This document shows, in pieces, positions 17,801 through 28,066 of a DNA stretch of 64,000 nucleotides. A program made the translations under genes and the position numbers. The notes beneath the pieces were generated by a model that was not told the DNA's origin, searched no databases, and saw only the letters and a list, made by a program, of their open reading frames with translations. The stretch lies in the sequence record MK514281.1. One strand, written 5' to 3'. Positions within the stretch are counted from its first letter, which is position 1. Each line of letters opens with the position of its first letter.

Positions 17801-19912
17801 ATGAGTCATATTACCGAGGCAAGTGAACTCTCTGCAGAGTTGTTAGGCAGTGTGTTATGTTTGAACCCAACCGTACATGGCGATAGCAGCCCACGTTCTG
17901 CTATGTTCGGAGGTCATGCAGGACAGGCCGTGACAATCGAGGGTAGCACGCCACGTATGTTAAAAACCGGGATCGAGTATGAGTACGGTCAACGGACCTT
18001 CAAGATTGAAGCGCCGTGTCAGATGCTCGTGATCGGTGTGATTAACCGTTTCGTCACCAACCACGTTGGTACTGGGGGTGTGAAAGAGAACCCTGAGAAA
18101 TATGTGATCTATCAGAACTTAAGTGTAAATACGCCTACACCGACGTTCGGCATTCTGTGTATTCCGACCTATCACACACGTAACCACGCATTAGGGTTTA
18201 AGTATGTGATGGACAAGAAAGCAATTAACCGTTTGTACAGTGTTGATGGTAAGGCGTATATCGAAAAGGGTGTGATCTTTGCCCGTTCCCCTAACTTGAC
18301 CGAAGGTGGCGATTATAAGTACGGTCGTGAAACCAACGTAGCATTTATGTCATTACCGGAAGTCGAACAGGACGGAATGGTGGTAACAGAAAGCTTCGCA
18401 CAAGCCATGGCCTGCACCAAGATCGAAAGCCGTATCGCACAGTGGGGCGATGATCAGGTGTTGTTGAACCTGTATGGCGACGATGAGAACTACAAAGCGT
18501 TTCCGGATATCGGCGATAAGATTCGTGAAGATGGGATGTTGTTTGCGGTACGTAAGATCATGCCAGGTACTGGCATTGTCAATCTGACCCCAAAAGCCCT
18601 TCGTACTTACGATCCGAACTTCGACTATCCGCAGTATGCTGAAGCCGGTGCCACGGTGGTGAACGTCCAGGTGAACTCGGACCGCATGCGTACAGGACGT
18701 ACCGATGTGCAGTTCTATGATAAACAAGCTGAACGGTATGAACGTGCAGCGCGTGAGTTCTCCAAGTCTCTGCGTAAGATCTACGACGACCTCTATCGTA
18801 CGTATGGTCATGGCATGATTCTGGAACCTGAACTCAACCGGATGGTGACGGATGCCATCTCGGATACCGGCGGTATGGATCGCAAGATGAATAATCAAGG
18901 ACAGATTATCAGCGTGGACAAAGGCACACAGGTCTATAACAAAGTCCCGATTGGTGACTGGCGTGTGAAGATCACCTTTGTTAAACGGATTGAAGCCGGC
19001 GTGCGCTTTAAGATCACCGATACCCATGGCGGTAAAGGTGTTATCGTAAACGTGATTCCTGACGCCGATGCGCCGACCGATGATTACGGTAACCGGGCGG
19101 ATGTGATCATGGATGATGTGTCGATTACCAAACGTATGAACCTGGGCAAGCCAACCGAGCAGTATATCAACGGTGCATCAGTATATGCAGCGAAGATTGC
19201 GCGCCAGATGGCAGCCAGCGGGGATCTGGATGGTGCCTGGAATCACCTCATGAGTTATTACCATGCAGCTGCGTATGAGCAATGGGAAATGATGCAATCA
19301 CCAACGTACCTGGATAACAAACCGAATCGCGATCATCATGTGCGTTGGGTGTGTGATCATGGTATTGAGTTGTTTGCACCAACTGACCGTCGCTACTTCG
19401 GGGCCGAGCAGGTACGGCGTATCATGAAGGAGCATGACTTCCCGGTTACACCCGTGACGTATCGTGCACCCGATGGGCGTATGGTCCGTACGCGTGATCC
19501 GGTGGTGATCGCGCCGATCTATATCATCCTGCTGGAAAAGATGGGCGAATACTGGGCGTCGTGTGCGATTCCAAAACTCACACACTTCGGTACACTCTCA
19601 TCCTTAACACAGGCGGATAAGTTTGCGTTGCCGTGGCGTAACACTCCAACCCGTTTCGGTGAGTCTGAGTTGCGTCTGTTCTTAGCAGCGTGTCGTGGCT
19701 ATTATGCGAACCGCTTGCAAAGCATGGCTAACACTCCGGCAATGCAGAAGGAAGCTGCATTGATGTTCTTGCGTCACGATACACCAATGAACATCCCGAA
19801 CGTGATTGATGAAACGAAGACACCACTGGGGCGTGCACGTCCACTGCAGATGTATAAGCACAACCAGGGCTGTCGTGGTATTGAATTTGAAACAACCGTG
19901 TTAAATAAATAA
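17801..19912 (+). CDS. rpoB: Non-virion RNAP beta subunit, C-terminal half (phiKZ gp71/73-like)
   Basis: KITDTHGGKGV (RHGNKG equivalent), KRMNLG, RFGESE; AAGGA SD before ATG 17801. Confidence 0.9.
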   Translation: MSHITEASELSAELLGSVLCLNPTVHGDSSPRSAMFGGHAGQAVTIEGSTPRMLKTGIEYEYGQRTFKIEAPCQMLVIGVINRFVTNHVGTGGVKENPEKYVIYQNLSVNTPTPTFGILCIPTYHTRNHALGFKYVMDKKAINRLYSVDGKAYIEKGVIFARSPNLTEGGDYKYGRETNVAFMSLPEVEQDGMVVTESFAQAMACTKIESRIAQWGDDQVLLNLYGDDENYKAFPDIGDKIREDGMLFAVRKIMPGTGIVNLTPKALRTYDPNFDYPQYAEAGATVVNVQVNSDRMRTGRTDVQFYDKQAERYERAAREFSKSLRKIYDDLYRTYGHGMILEPELNRMVTDAISDTGGMDRKMNNQGQIISVDKGTQVYNKVPIGDWRVKITFVKRIEAGVRFKITDTHGGKGVIVNVIPDADAPTDDYGNRADVIMDDVSITKRMNLGKPTEQYINGASVYAAKIARQMAASGDLDGAWNHLMSYYHAAAYEQWEMMQSPTYLDNKPNRDHHVRWVCDHGIELFAPTDRRYFGAEQVRRIMKEHDFPVTPVTYRAPDGRMVRTRDPVVIAPIYIILLEKMGEYWASCAIPKLTHFGTLSSLTQADKFALPWRNTPTRFGESELRLFLAACRGYYANRLQSMANTPAMQKEAALMFLRHDTPMNIPNVIDETKTPLGRARPLQMYKHNQGCRGIEFETTVLNK

Positions 19913-19919
19913 GGGGTGT

Positions 19920-21890
19920 GTGATGCAAAGCTATCATTGGCGTGATCTGTTGTCGATGTCTGAGGAGCAGATTTGGCAACTTGATCCTGCAATCAACAAC
20001 CCAATCATTGAAGTGGTGGCAGAGGATGCCACCTTCAAGATTCCTGCCCGGCAGGTTATCGGTAGCTGGTATTGCTGGCCGTTTCAAAAGCTCTATCGCA
20101 ACATGGTGTTGTGTAAGCGTCATTTCATCACAGCGTTTCGTCTGTCGAACAAAACCATCCTGGGGATCATGACCAACGGTTATCGTGATTATGATGCGAT
20201 GATGAACGGCACTATCTTAGATGTCGTGGCATTAAACAGCTTGATTGCGAAAACGGCGAACCGCATTAACAATGCGTTTGTTACCAAGATCCCGGAGTAT
20301 GTCACGACCTCGGGCATGAAGCAGTATATTGAAATCGTGGATGACCCTGAGTTTAAAGCGATTCGTGATGCAATGGAACCTAACCAGAACTCGATTCGTG
20401 ATGGTTATGATGCGTCACTCAAACTGCTGATGGACCCGAAGAAGTATGTCGGCAATCAGGTGGCGGAATATGTGAAGCAGGGCTCGGCATCAGCAGGTCA
20501 GGCATTACAATGTCTGGTGGTGCGTGGTTATCTGACTGACCATAACTCGCGTATCTTTGTTAAGCCGGTCATGGGTAACTATGTCGAAGGGCTGGGTAAG
20601 TTCTACGACTCGTTCGTGGAATCACGCTCAGCAACCAAAGCGGCGTTGTTTACCAAGAAACCCCTGGAAGACTCCGAATGGTTTAACCGTAAAATGCAGC
20701 TGGTTGCACAAGCGGTGCAGAAGATCCATCTGGGGGAGGATTGTGGGTCGACGATAACAGTGCCTATTGTTATGCGTCGTGGCTGGGCAAGTGCGATGGC
20801 CGGTACGTATTATCTGGATGATGATGGATCGTACAAAATGATCACGGAAGAGGACAAGCATCTGGAGAACCGGTTACTCAATATCCGCTCTCCGATGTAT
20901 TGTAATCATCCTGACCGTACCGGTATCTGTGAGCGGTGTTATGGGAAGTTAGCGGTATCCATTCCGTACTTCAATGTCGAAGGGAAAGTTGGGGATAACC
21001 AGGTGATCGTGGGGCACGTCAGTGCAACGGAAATCGGTGAGGATCTCTCACAGAAGATGCTGTCAACCAAACACCTGGATACGTCCTCGACGGTAGATCC
21101 GTTTGCTATTCGTCGTGCCGATGCGTTGTATGTGAAACCAGGCTTGCGTGAAAACGCCATTCGCCTGAATCCACGTCTGCGTAATGAAAAGGTCACGATG
21201 AAGGTATCTTTCGACAAAACTACCGCATTATCTGATATCGCAGTTGCCGAAAACTTAGATGAAGTAGCAACGCGTGTTTCCGGTTTCAATGAGATCGTGC
21301 TGGAGTTTGAGCGTGAAGATGGGGGTAAAGAGTCTATCCCAATCAACACCACCCAGGGTTCTCGTCAGGGTCAGTTTACTGTCGACTTCCTGCGTTACTT
21401 GCAGCGCGTAAGCTGGACGAGTGCGGACAAAGATTATATCTCTATCCGTCTGGATCAATTTGAATATGATTGCGATGTGGTTGAATTGCCGTTAGTGCAT
21501 GAAGACATGATGGCGTATCAGAAGCAGATTGAATCCTACATCCGTTTCAGTAAGGAATCAGCGAACTGGAAAAACAAGTTTGTCACGCCGGATGAAGTGG
21601 GTGTGGTGCTGGATGAGTTCTTCTCGTTACTGCGTCAGCGTTTGGGTGTGAACATTGTTCATGCACAGATCATGCTGTATTCAGTGATGACGATGGACCC
21701 AGCCAAAGGCGACTATCGTCTTCCGCGGGCGTATGAACCACGGCAGTTCTCTTCCTATCACGAATGTATCGAGTACCGTTCTCTCTCGGTCCAGCTCGTG
21801 TATCAGGAACAGGCTGCGGTGATGCTGAAGCCGTCCACTTTCCTTAATGACAAACGACAACCGCACCCGATGGATGAAATCTTCAAATAA
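19920..21890 (+). CDS. rpoC: Non-virion RNAP beta' subunit, C-terminal half (phiKZ gp74-like)
   Basis: Bridge-helix region ending EDCGS, Zn ligands C..GICERCYG, trigger-loop-like SQKMLSTKH. Confidence 0.88.
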   Translation: MMQSYHWRDLLSMSEEQIWQLDPAINNPIIEVVAEDATFKIPARQVIGSWYCWPFQKLYRNMVLCKRHFITAFRLSNKTILGIMTNGYRDYDAMMNGTILDVVALNSLIAKTANRINNAFVTKIPEYVTTSGMKQYIEIVDDPEFKAIRDAMEPNQNSIRDGYDASLKLLMDPKKYVGNQVAEYVKQGSASAGQALQCLVVRGYLTDHNSRIFVKPVMGNYVEGLGKFYDSFVESRSATKAALFTKKPLEDSEWFNRKMQLVAQAVQKIHLGEDCGSTITVPIVMRRGWASAMAGTYYLDDDGSYKMITEEDKHLENRLLNIRSPMYCNHPDRTGICERCYGKLAVSIPYFNVEGKVGDNQVIVGHVSATEIGEDLSQKMLSTKHLDTSSTVDPFAIRRADALYVKPGLRENAIRLNPRLRNEKVTMKVSFDKTTALSDIAVAENLDEVATRVSGFNEIVLEFEREDGGKESIPINTTQGSRQGQFTVDFLRYLQRVSWTSADKDYISIRLDQFEYDCDVVELPLVHEDMMAYQKQIESYIRFSKESANWKNKFVTPDEVGVVLDEFFSLLRQRLGVNIVHAQIMLYSVMTMDPAKGDYRLPRAYEPRQFSSYHECIEYRSLSVQLVYQEQAAVMLKPSTFLNDKRQPHPMDEIFK

Positions 21891-21904
21891 GTAAGAGGTT
21901 GGCG

Positions 21905-24487
21905 ATGCGCAATACTGCGACAATCACTATCAATAGTCACGGCTTTACGGTCTCTGACTATAATAGTGAGTTCTACGAGAAGTTGAAGTTGTATTGCGCT
22001 CGTTTTGTCAAAACAAAAATGGTCTCTAAGGTCGTCCATGGACGGAGGATCTTGGCTAAAGAAAATGACCGTGTTTTTGCGAGCGCTCTAAGCAACCGTC
22101 GAGAGATCCGCTTTCACATCAACTGCTATGAAGAGTTCAAACGTCATATGCAGCAGTGGGGATATAATGTCTCCCGCTTTAAGGAAGTGCGAACACCAAT
22201 TCCAGAAGGCAAAGATGCTAACTTCGAATTCAAGTTCGAAGGTGTGCAGCCCCGTGAGCATCAAGTGGAATGGTTGGAGTACCAGTTAAATAAAGACCAG
22301 GGTGAAGTCACCACGAAGATCAATACCTTGCAAACTGGTAAGGGAAAAGCAACCACACTGGACACAAAGGTAAAAATACCTGGCGGCTGGACAACAATGG
22401 GTGAGGTCAAAGTCGGTTCTGTTGTAACCGGCAATGATGGAAAACCAACATTAGTTACCGCCGTGTATCCCCAGGGTGAATTGCAGGTCTACAAAGTGAC
22501 ATTCGCTGATGGTCGCTGGGTGGAAGTTTGTGCTGAACATTTATGGAAAGTTTATTACGTTAACACACAACCGCATAAACGTTGGCGTGTTGTTAACACC
22601 ATGGAAGTTCTGCGCCTAATCTCCATGCCTAACCCGCGTGTTTATGTGGAGCTTATAACCCCAGAAGAAACTCCTGATGTGTCATTGCCTATTGCGCCGT
22701 ATGCTTTTGGTGCTATGTTAGGTGATGGTGGGTTCAGAGCTGACAGTATAACGGTAACAACTCCTGATACGTTCATTATTAATGAAATTCAGAAGACGTT
22801 ACCGCCTGATATGCGAGCCGTGCATGCTGATCGCTATTGTTGGCGATTGGTCAGACTAAAGGGACTGACAACCCCCAATCCATGGAAACAACACCTCCAT
22901 GCTTTCGGTCTGTATGGTAAGATGAGTGAAGAGAAGTTCATTCCGGAAGTTTACATGAATGGATCGATTACTCAACGTAAAGCATTATTACAGGGTCTTC
23001 TTGATACCGACGGAACGGTGCAGAAGACTGGCTCTGTATCTTTTAGTAGCTCGTCTAAAACCTTGGCAGAACAAGTGCAATATCTGGTGAGGTCTATTGG
23101 CGGCATTGCAGCTATTAGACCCCGTATTCCTAAATACACACATAACGGAGAAATAAAAGAAGGGTTAGTCAATTACGAAGTTGATATCCGGCACACTAAA
23201 CCAAGTGAACTGTTCCGATTACCGCGGAAGAAAGAAGCGACCAACGACGATAACCAGTATTCTTCTACATTGAAGTTGCGGGTGATGTCAGTGGAGCCGA
23301 CACGTATCGCTGAGGCACAGTGCATTACTGTTGATAATGAAGATCATCTCTTTGTTGTCAATGATTTCATTGTGACTCACAATACCTTCTGTGGTATTTA
23401 CAACATGGTCAAGCTGGGAAAAGTAACGGTCATTGTCATCATGCCAAAATACATCAATACGTGGATTGTGGCGCTGAATGACTTTGTCAAGTTAGGTGAG
23501 AAAGATATCATGGTGGTGCAGGGCTCGGGTGAACTCAACGGCTGCATGAAGTTGGCTGAAGAAGGTAAACTTGAATCCCGCATCATTATCATCAGTCTCC
23601 CCACCTTTCAATATTACATGTCGGAGTATGAAGATAACAACGGCGTGATGACGCATTACAACTACACACCTGATCAATTCTGGGCGATGATCCAACCCGG
23701 GTTCCTCATTGTCGATGAAGGCCATGAGTCAATCCACGCGCTGTTCAAGTTCGACCTTTACACCCATGTCAAAAATAAACTGGTACTCTCGGCCACCCTT
23801 GAGGCGGATGATCAGTTCATTAACGACATGTACTTTGTCATCTACCCGAATAAAATCAGGTTCCGTGGCGGCGAGTATGATAAGTACATCGAAGCAATTG
23901 CCTTGATGTATGGACTGGTGAGTAATAAGAAGGTCAAGACCAAAGGCTTCGGCGGGACGTATAACCACGTCAAGTTTGAGCAAAGCATCATGAAAGACAA
24001 GCAGCTGTTGAAGACGTACCTTACGCTCATCAACAAGGTGTTCTCCTTCTTCTTTATTAAAGTGAAGGAGCCCGAACAGCGCTGCCTCATTTATTGTGCC
24101 ACGGTCGAGATGTGTTTGTACGTGACGGATTATCTGAGCAGTATCCATGATACCCTGATCGTGCGTAAGTATACCCAGGAAGACCCGAAAGAATCGTTGT
24201 ATGAATCTGACGTGAGTGTTTCGACACTGAAGTCAGCCGGTACCGGTGTGGATATCCCAGGACTCCGCACTTGCATCATGACGATCGCGATTGGGTCACG
24301 GCAAGCCAGTGATCAGGCATTGGGACGACTGCGGCGGTTGAAAGACTACCCGGACACCATCCCGACGTTTGTTTACTTCGCCTGCACGGGTATCGAAGCA
24401 CACATGAAATACCACAGCAAGAAACTCGAACTCTTCCCAGTGAAGACGTTGAGTCTGCGTGAGGTGAACAGCGGCTTCTCGTTATAA
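21905..24487 (+). CDS. SF2 (DEAD/DEAH-like) helicase, phiKZ gp75-like, interrupted by an intein
   Basis: Walker A LQTGKGK|T split by the intein; DEGHE, SAT, GTGVDIP, QALGRLRR. Confidence 0.9.
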   Translation: MRNTATITINSHGFTVSDYNSEFYEKLKLYCARFVKTKMVSKVVHGRRILAKENDRVFASALSNRREIRFHINCYEEFKRHMQQWGYNVSRFKEVRTPIPEGKDANFEFKFEGVQPREHQVEWLEYQLNKDQGEVTTKINTLQTGKGKATTLDTKVKIPGGWTTMGEVKVGSVVTGNDGKPTLVTAVYPQGELQVYKVTFADGRWVEVCAEHLWKVYYVNTQPHKRWRVVNTMEVLRLISMPNPRVYVELITPEETPDVSLPIAPYAFGAMLGDGGFRADSITVTTPDTFIINEIQKTLPPDMRAVHADRYCWRLVRLKGLTTPNPWKQHLHAFGLYGKMSEEKFIPEVYMNGSITQRKALLQGLLDTDGTVQKTGSVSFSSSSKTLAEQVQYLVRSIGGIAAIRPRIPKYTHNGEIKEGLVNYEVDIRHTKPSELFRLPRKKEATNDDNQYSSTLKLRVMSVEPTRIAEAQCITVDNEDHLFVVNDFIVTHNTFCGIYNMVKLGKVTVIVIMPKYINTWIVALNDFVKLGEKDIMVVQGSGELNGCMKLAEEGKLESRIIIISLPTFQYYMSEYEDNNGVMTHYNYTPDQFWAMIQPGFLIVDEGHESIHALFKFDLYTHVKNKLVLSATLEADDQFINDMYFVIYPNKIRFRGGEYDKYIEAIALMYGLVSNKKVKTKGFGGTYNHVKFEQSIMKDKQLLKTYLTLINKVFSFFFIKVKEPEQRCLIYCATVEMCLYVTDYLSSIHDTLIVRKYTQEDPKESLYESDVSVSTLKSAGTGVDIPGLRTCIMTIAIGSRQASDQALGRLRRLKDYPDTIPTFVYFACTGIEAHMKYHSKKLELFPVKTLSLREVNSGFSL
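22349..23383 (+). mobile_element. 345-aa class 3 intein with LAGLIDADG homing endonuclease
   Basis: Ala1 start (ATTLDTKV..GWTTMGEV), block B CAEHLW, block F EAQCITV, block G VTHN|T; LAGLIDADG motifs GAMLGDG and LLQGLLDTDG. Confidence 0.92.
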
Positions 24488-24500
24488 ACTGACTGTGTAA

Positions 24501-24535
24501 AAGACCAGGGGGCTTACTCCTTGGTCTTTTATGCT
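24501..24535 (+). terminator. Hairpin + TTATGCT
   Basis: AAGACCAGGGGG-CTTA-CTCCTTGGTCTT-TTATGCT. Confidence 0.7.
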
Positions 24536-24571
24536 TTCTTTCCTTTTCTTTTTGTTAAGGATACACAGCTT

Positions 24572-24898
24572 ATGAATGGTAACCGGCCAGTAATGGTGAT
24601 TGGCGGCATGGGGTTGAGTCCTGCATTGATTGAGCGCTTACGACAGTTAGACGACCTGGAGATCAAATTGGTGGCCGATGTGGCAATCAGTGATATCCTG
24701 GAGTTTGAACCGGGTTATGCTCGCGGCTTGGTTCAGGCGATTCAGCATCAGCAACAACGTGAGTGGAATCCCTTCCGGGAAAGCTACTGGGATAACTTCA
24801 TTACCCTGCGACGTAAAGAAGTCAACGGACATACCCGCATTCCTCCCAAGAAAGCCACCTGCAGCTCCCGTCGTAAGGGACGGAGGTTCAAGGGATGA
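24572..24898 (+). CDS. Hypothetical protein, basic C-terminal tail
   Basis: AAGGA SD before ATG 24572. Confidence 0.65.
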   Translation: MNGNRPVMVIGGMGLSPALIERLRQLDDLEIKLVADVAISDILEFEPGYARGLVQAIQHQQQREWNPFRESYWDNFITLRRKEVNGHTRIPPKKATCSSRRKGRRFKG

Positions 24899-25218
24899 GC
24901 GAGATCGATTATCGTGCATTGAAGTATTGTGTCACCAAGGTTAGTCGACGTATCCGCGACGGGGATTCCCGTAACGCGTCACGTTGCCTCTTCCAGTATG
25001 TTGAGACGCATGCCGCATTACAAGACATGGCCGCCATTGATCGTCTTTTAGCACAGTGCCGAGAAAATAAGGTACCCCTAAAAGAGATCAACAAAGTCTC
25101 GTTACTGCGTGCATGCTCATGTTTACGCCCCCACCTTACAGAGTATCAGTCGTGTATGGACCTGTGGCGCCAGGACATTAAAGCGGCGGGTATGGAAAAC
25201 TTATTAATAGGATTGTGA
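24895..25218 (+). CDS. Hypothetical protein
   Basis: ATGA overlap with the upstream gene. Confidence 0.65.
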   Translation: MSEIDYRALKYCVTKVSRRIRDGDSRNASRCLFQYVETHAALQDMAAIDRLLAQCRENKVPLKEINKVSLLRACSCLRPHLTEYQSCMDLWRQDIKAAGMENLLIGL

Positions 25219-25219
25219 T

Positions 25220-25582
25220 ATGTCTGATTATTGTGCGGATATCTTTAAAGCGATCAGTTGCAAAACCCCCACCAAAGGCAGTGAACTTTACATCGATGAT
25301 TTCGGTGATCTGTGGATGTTGATTCCCAAGCTTAACCGCTTCGGTGAGCAGTCAGTGTTTCGTCAGTATGCTGGTAACCTTGCGTTGATGGCTGACCGCG
25401 GGCAGATGTATCAGGGTCAGTTATATGTGTGTGAGTTGATCCCGGGATATCACTTGGTGTTAACCAACCAAGCCGTGATGGTCAACCAATACAGCCTGGT
25501 GCAGTATGTGAAGACCCGTGCTGCGAAAGTGGAAGCGCGCTACCGTAAGAAACCCAAGCCGATGAGCCGAGCTTACGCGTAA
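25220..25582 (+). CDS. Hypothetical protein, basic C-terminal tail
   Basis: AGGA SD; abuts the upstream stop. Confidence 0.65.
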   Translation: MSDYCADIFKAISCKTPTKGSELYIDDFGDLWMLIPKLNRFGEQSVFRQYAGNLALMADRGQMYQGQLYVCELIPGYHLVLTNQAVMVNQYSLVQYVKTRAAKVEARYRKKPKPMSRAYA

Positions 25583-25612
25583 GCAACCTGACTGACAAGA
25601 AAGGATAGACCT

Positions 25613-26122
25613 ATGTTCGAATGGTTCTCTGTGTTATTGATGAAGTGGCAGACCCGAAAGGAAAAGAAACACAACAGGACAGTGCGGGTAGAACCGGTGG
25701 TGTTTGAACCGCAACTCAAACCCACCCCGCAGCCGTTGAGTAACGCGTTAAAAGAAGAAGCGCAGCAGATTCGGGACACCCTGCTGTTTGAGTCGCCGTT
25801 GAATAAATCCCGACCGATCCCGACCAAACCCACCTTACGGGTAGTAAGACCCAGTACAAGCTCCTCACGCCCACACGGTAAGGCGAACGATGACAGCATG
25901 CTAACACATGCCTTATTGATGCAGCAGGTGTTAGCAGACGATACAGCGCCGTCTGATCGTCATCATCGTACCCATGCCCCTCAGGATAACCACCGCCATG
26001 AAGACCGACCCTCGTACCATTCCACGCCCACTCATCATAGCAGCCCTGGTAGTAGTCGCGATGATGATAACGGGAGTAATGATTACAGTAGCGGACCTAG
26101 TGACAGCGGTTCGTCTGATTAA
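25613..26122 (+). CDS. Hypothetical protein with His/Ser/Asp-rich disordered tail
   Basis: AAGGA SD; ends SSGPSDSGSSD. Confidence 0.65.
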   Translation: MFEWFSVLLMKWQTRKEKKHNRTVRVEPVVFEPQLKPTPQPLSNALKEEAQQIRDTLLFESPLNKSRPIPTKPTLRVVRPSTSSSRPHGKANDDSMLTHALLMQQVLADDTAPSDRHHRTHAPQDNHRHEDRPSYHSTPTHHSSPGSSRDDDNGSNDYSSGPSDSGSSD

Positions 26123-26161
26123 CACCTTCGATTAACCTTACGTAATAAGGAACGCCTCACC

Positions 26162-26401
26162 ATGACAGATCCCCACCCCATTCTCGCCGCAGCCATCGGA
26201 GAGCCCCAGGATGACGATTACTGGGACTTTCCGGGCGAGACTGTTGTTGGTCACGGTGATCTGATGTACACCAATATCCATAAACCCCAAGCATTATGGA
26301 ACGGTGTTATTCGGTCACTGCAAAAACGTTTCCTTACCGAACCACCGAACACCCAAAAGGAACAGCATCATGTCGCACAAGAACCGCGCCCCTCAAATTA
26401 A
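26162..26401 (+). CDS. Small hypothetical protein
   Basis: AAGGA SD; 79 aa. Confidence 0.55.
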   Translation: MTDPHPILAAAIGEPQDDDYWDFPGETVVGHGDLMYTNIHKPQALWNGVIRSLQKRFLTEPPNTQKEQHHVAQEPRPSN

Positions 26402-27164
26402 GTTAACCGGCATCAGAGATGGCGAAAATGACGTCTATATCCCCGTGGCTGGATTAGGTATTGCTAATGCCGCTGGAATTACGTACGACCCCACCGCAAT
26501 TAGTAGTGTGCTGGATAAGCTTCGAACTGACAGGCGTTATTTCGATAATTTGCAAAGCCATCCGTATTATCAGCAGAACCTGTTTACGAAATACATTGGT
26601 CTGATACCTGATGACGCTGATTATCGCGGCACACCTGTTCAACGCCATCCGTTCATGCGTGAGATGGCATTGCGGTTTGGCATCGCGCTGGAATCAGTCA
26701 GACTCAACTCCCATCGTCAGACCGGTAAATCGAATTTCATGTACTACCGCATGGTGCAGTTCCACAACCATTATCTGCAGGAAATGACCGATATAAAGGC
26801 AAGCAAGCCGATCCCTATTGACCTTACCCGTTACCTGAAATTAATAACCGGTAAGGATTTCTGGGAGAAGCCTGGCGTGGGTGCATGGGGTAGTGAGTTT
26901 ACCGAACTCTATTTTCATAGACACCAGGCAGGTAGTGGTGGTAAGTCAATGTTCTACAACATGCTGCCGAGAATCAAACTGCATCTGGCTGGTATTCACG
27001 CAACTCTCGGTGGTCGACCGTGGATCTACCACAATGTTGTCAGTCGTGGTCCTGCAGGTTTCTGGCCAGCCACAATAGAGTACGGTATGGCAAGCAACGG
27101 CCCGGCTATGACTGCTCAGCTTAACCGTGAGCGTATGATCAAACCTAAGAAAGGGAGAGCATAA
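26370..27164 (+). CDS. Hypothetical protein with RQTGKS P-loop-like motif
   Basis: AAGGA SD before ATG 26370. Confidence 0.65.
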   Translation: MSHKNRAPQIKLTGIRDGENDVYIPVAGLGIANAAGITYDPTAISSVLDKLRTDRRYFDNLQSHPYYQQNLFTKYIGLIPDDADYRGTPVQRHPFMREMALRFGIALESVRLNSHRQTGKSNFMYYRMVQFHNHYLQEMTDIKASKPIPIDLTRYLKLITGKDFWEKPGVGAWGSEFTELYFHRHQAGSGGKSMFYNMLPRIKLHLAGIHATLGGRPWIYHNVVSRGPAGFWPATIEYGMASNGPAMTAQLNRERMIKPKKGRA

Positions 27165-28066
27165 TGGCTTTAGATCAAGAGTATTACGAAAAGGCATTAG
27201 CGGTGCTCGCTTCCAAAGGTTTCCCTGATAAGGAAGCAGACGAAATTGCCACAACCCTTTCTGTCTATCTGCCTATGCGATTCATCAAGGCTGGTGAATG
27301 GGCGCTGTTGTCACAGGACGTGACACCCGTTAACTCGTTGGCGCTCAAGCACCTGGAGTTACTCGAAAGAATTCCTGAGTTAAAGAAGCCCATGATTCTT
27401 AAGATGCCGACCGATTTCACCTACACAACCTACGGTCAGGAGTATTGTCCAGGTGCCGATGCACCCGTATACAAAACTGGCCCTGATGGTTACACACATC
27501 ACCCGGTAGGCTGGGAAAGTGGAATTACTGGTGTGACGGGTATTTCTGGCGAGGATGGTGTTGAAATTGGCGGTGTTAAACCTGTACGTCATGATTTCAA
27601 ATACGCGTTACCACCCGAGCTCGGTTTACCGAAGGGTGTAACACCGGAACAAGCTAATTATCTGAAGCTTCATGACCTCAGTGATATCGAGGGGATCAAG
27701 CGGGCTTATCCAGATATAGATGAAGAGACTGCTCAAAGTCTGTCGGCTATGCAGCGTAAGATCGACCAACGTTTAGGGCGTGCACATCGTGAAACACGCA
27801 ACTCTGAAATGCTTGGTCAGCGGGCTCAGCAGCAGTATCGTGGTAGCTTGTTTGAGAAGTTCTTGATTGACGAACCGATCGGTGAACCTAAAGGCATGAC
27901 CGTCAAGATCATGACGCACTCCATTCGCAACTTCGGCCACGGGTTACAAATCAGCACACCGTTGTTTGGCCAGAGTCATAAATCTCCAACGGGCCCACAA
28001 ACTATGCCGGGTCTTGAAAAGGGACGTAATGGCCACGGCAAGCGTAAAAAGAAAGGTAAACGATGA
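27164..28066 (+). CDS. Hypothetical protein, Lys/Arg-rich C-terminus
   Basis: TAATG coupling; ends GHGKRKKKGKR. Confidence 0.75.
   Translation: MALDQEYYEKALAVLASKGFPDKEADEIATTLSVYLPMRFIKAGEWALLSQDVTPVNSLALKHLELLERIPELKKPMILKMPTDFTYTTYGQEYCPGADAPVYKTGPDGYTHHPVGWESGITGVTGISGEDGVEIGGVKPVRHDFKYALPPELGLPKGVTPEQANYLKLHDLSDIEGIKRAYPDIDEETAQSLSAMQRKIDQRLGRAHRETRNSEMLGQRAQQQYRGSLFEKFLIDEPIGEPKGMTVKIMTHSIRNFGHGLQISTPLFGQSHKSPTGPQTMPGLEKGRNGHGKRKKKGKR

Noticed and set aside
17801-19912. Group I intron or homing endonuclease in nvRNAP genes, as in phiKZ and phiPA3
   Set aside because: The beta and beta' ORFs here are continuous with motifs in order; no interruption is visible in the window.
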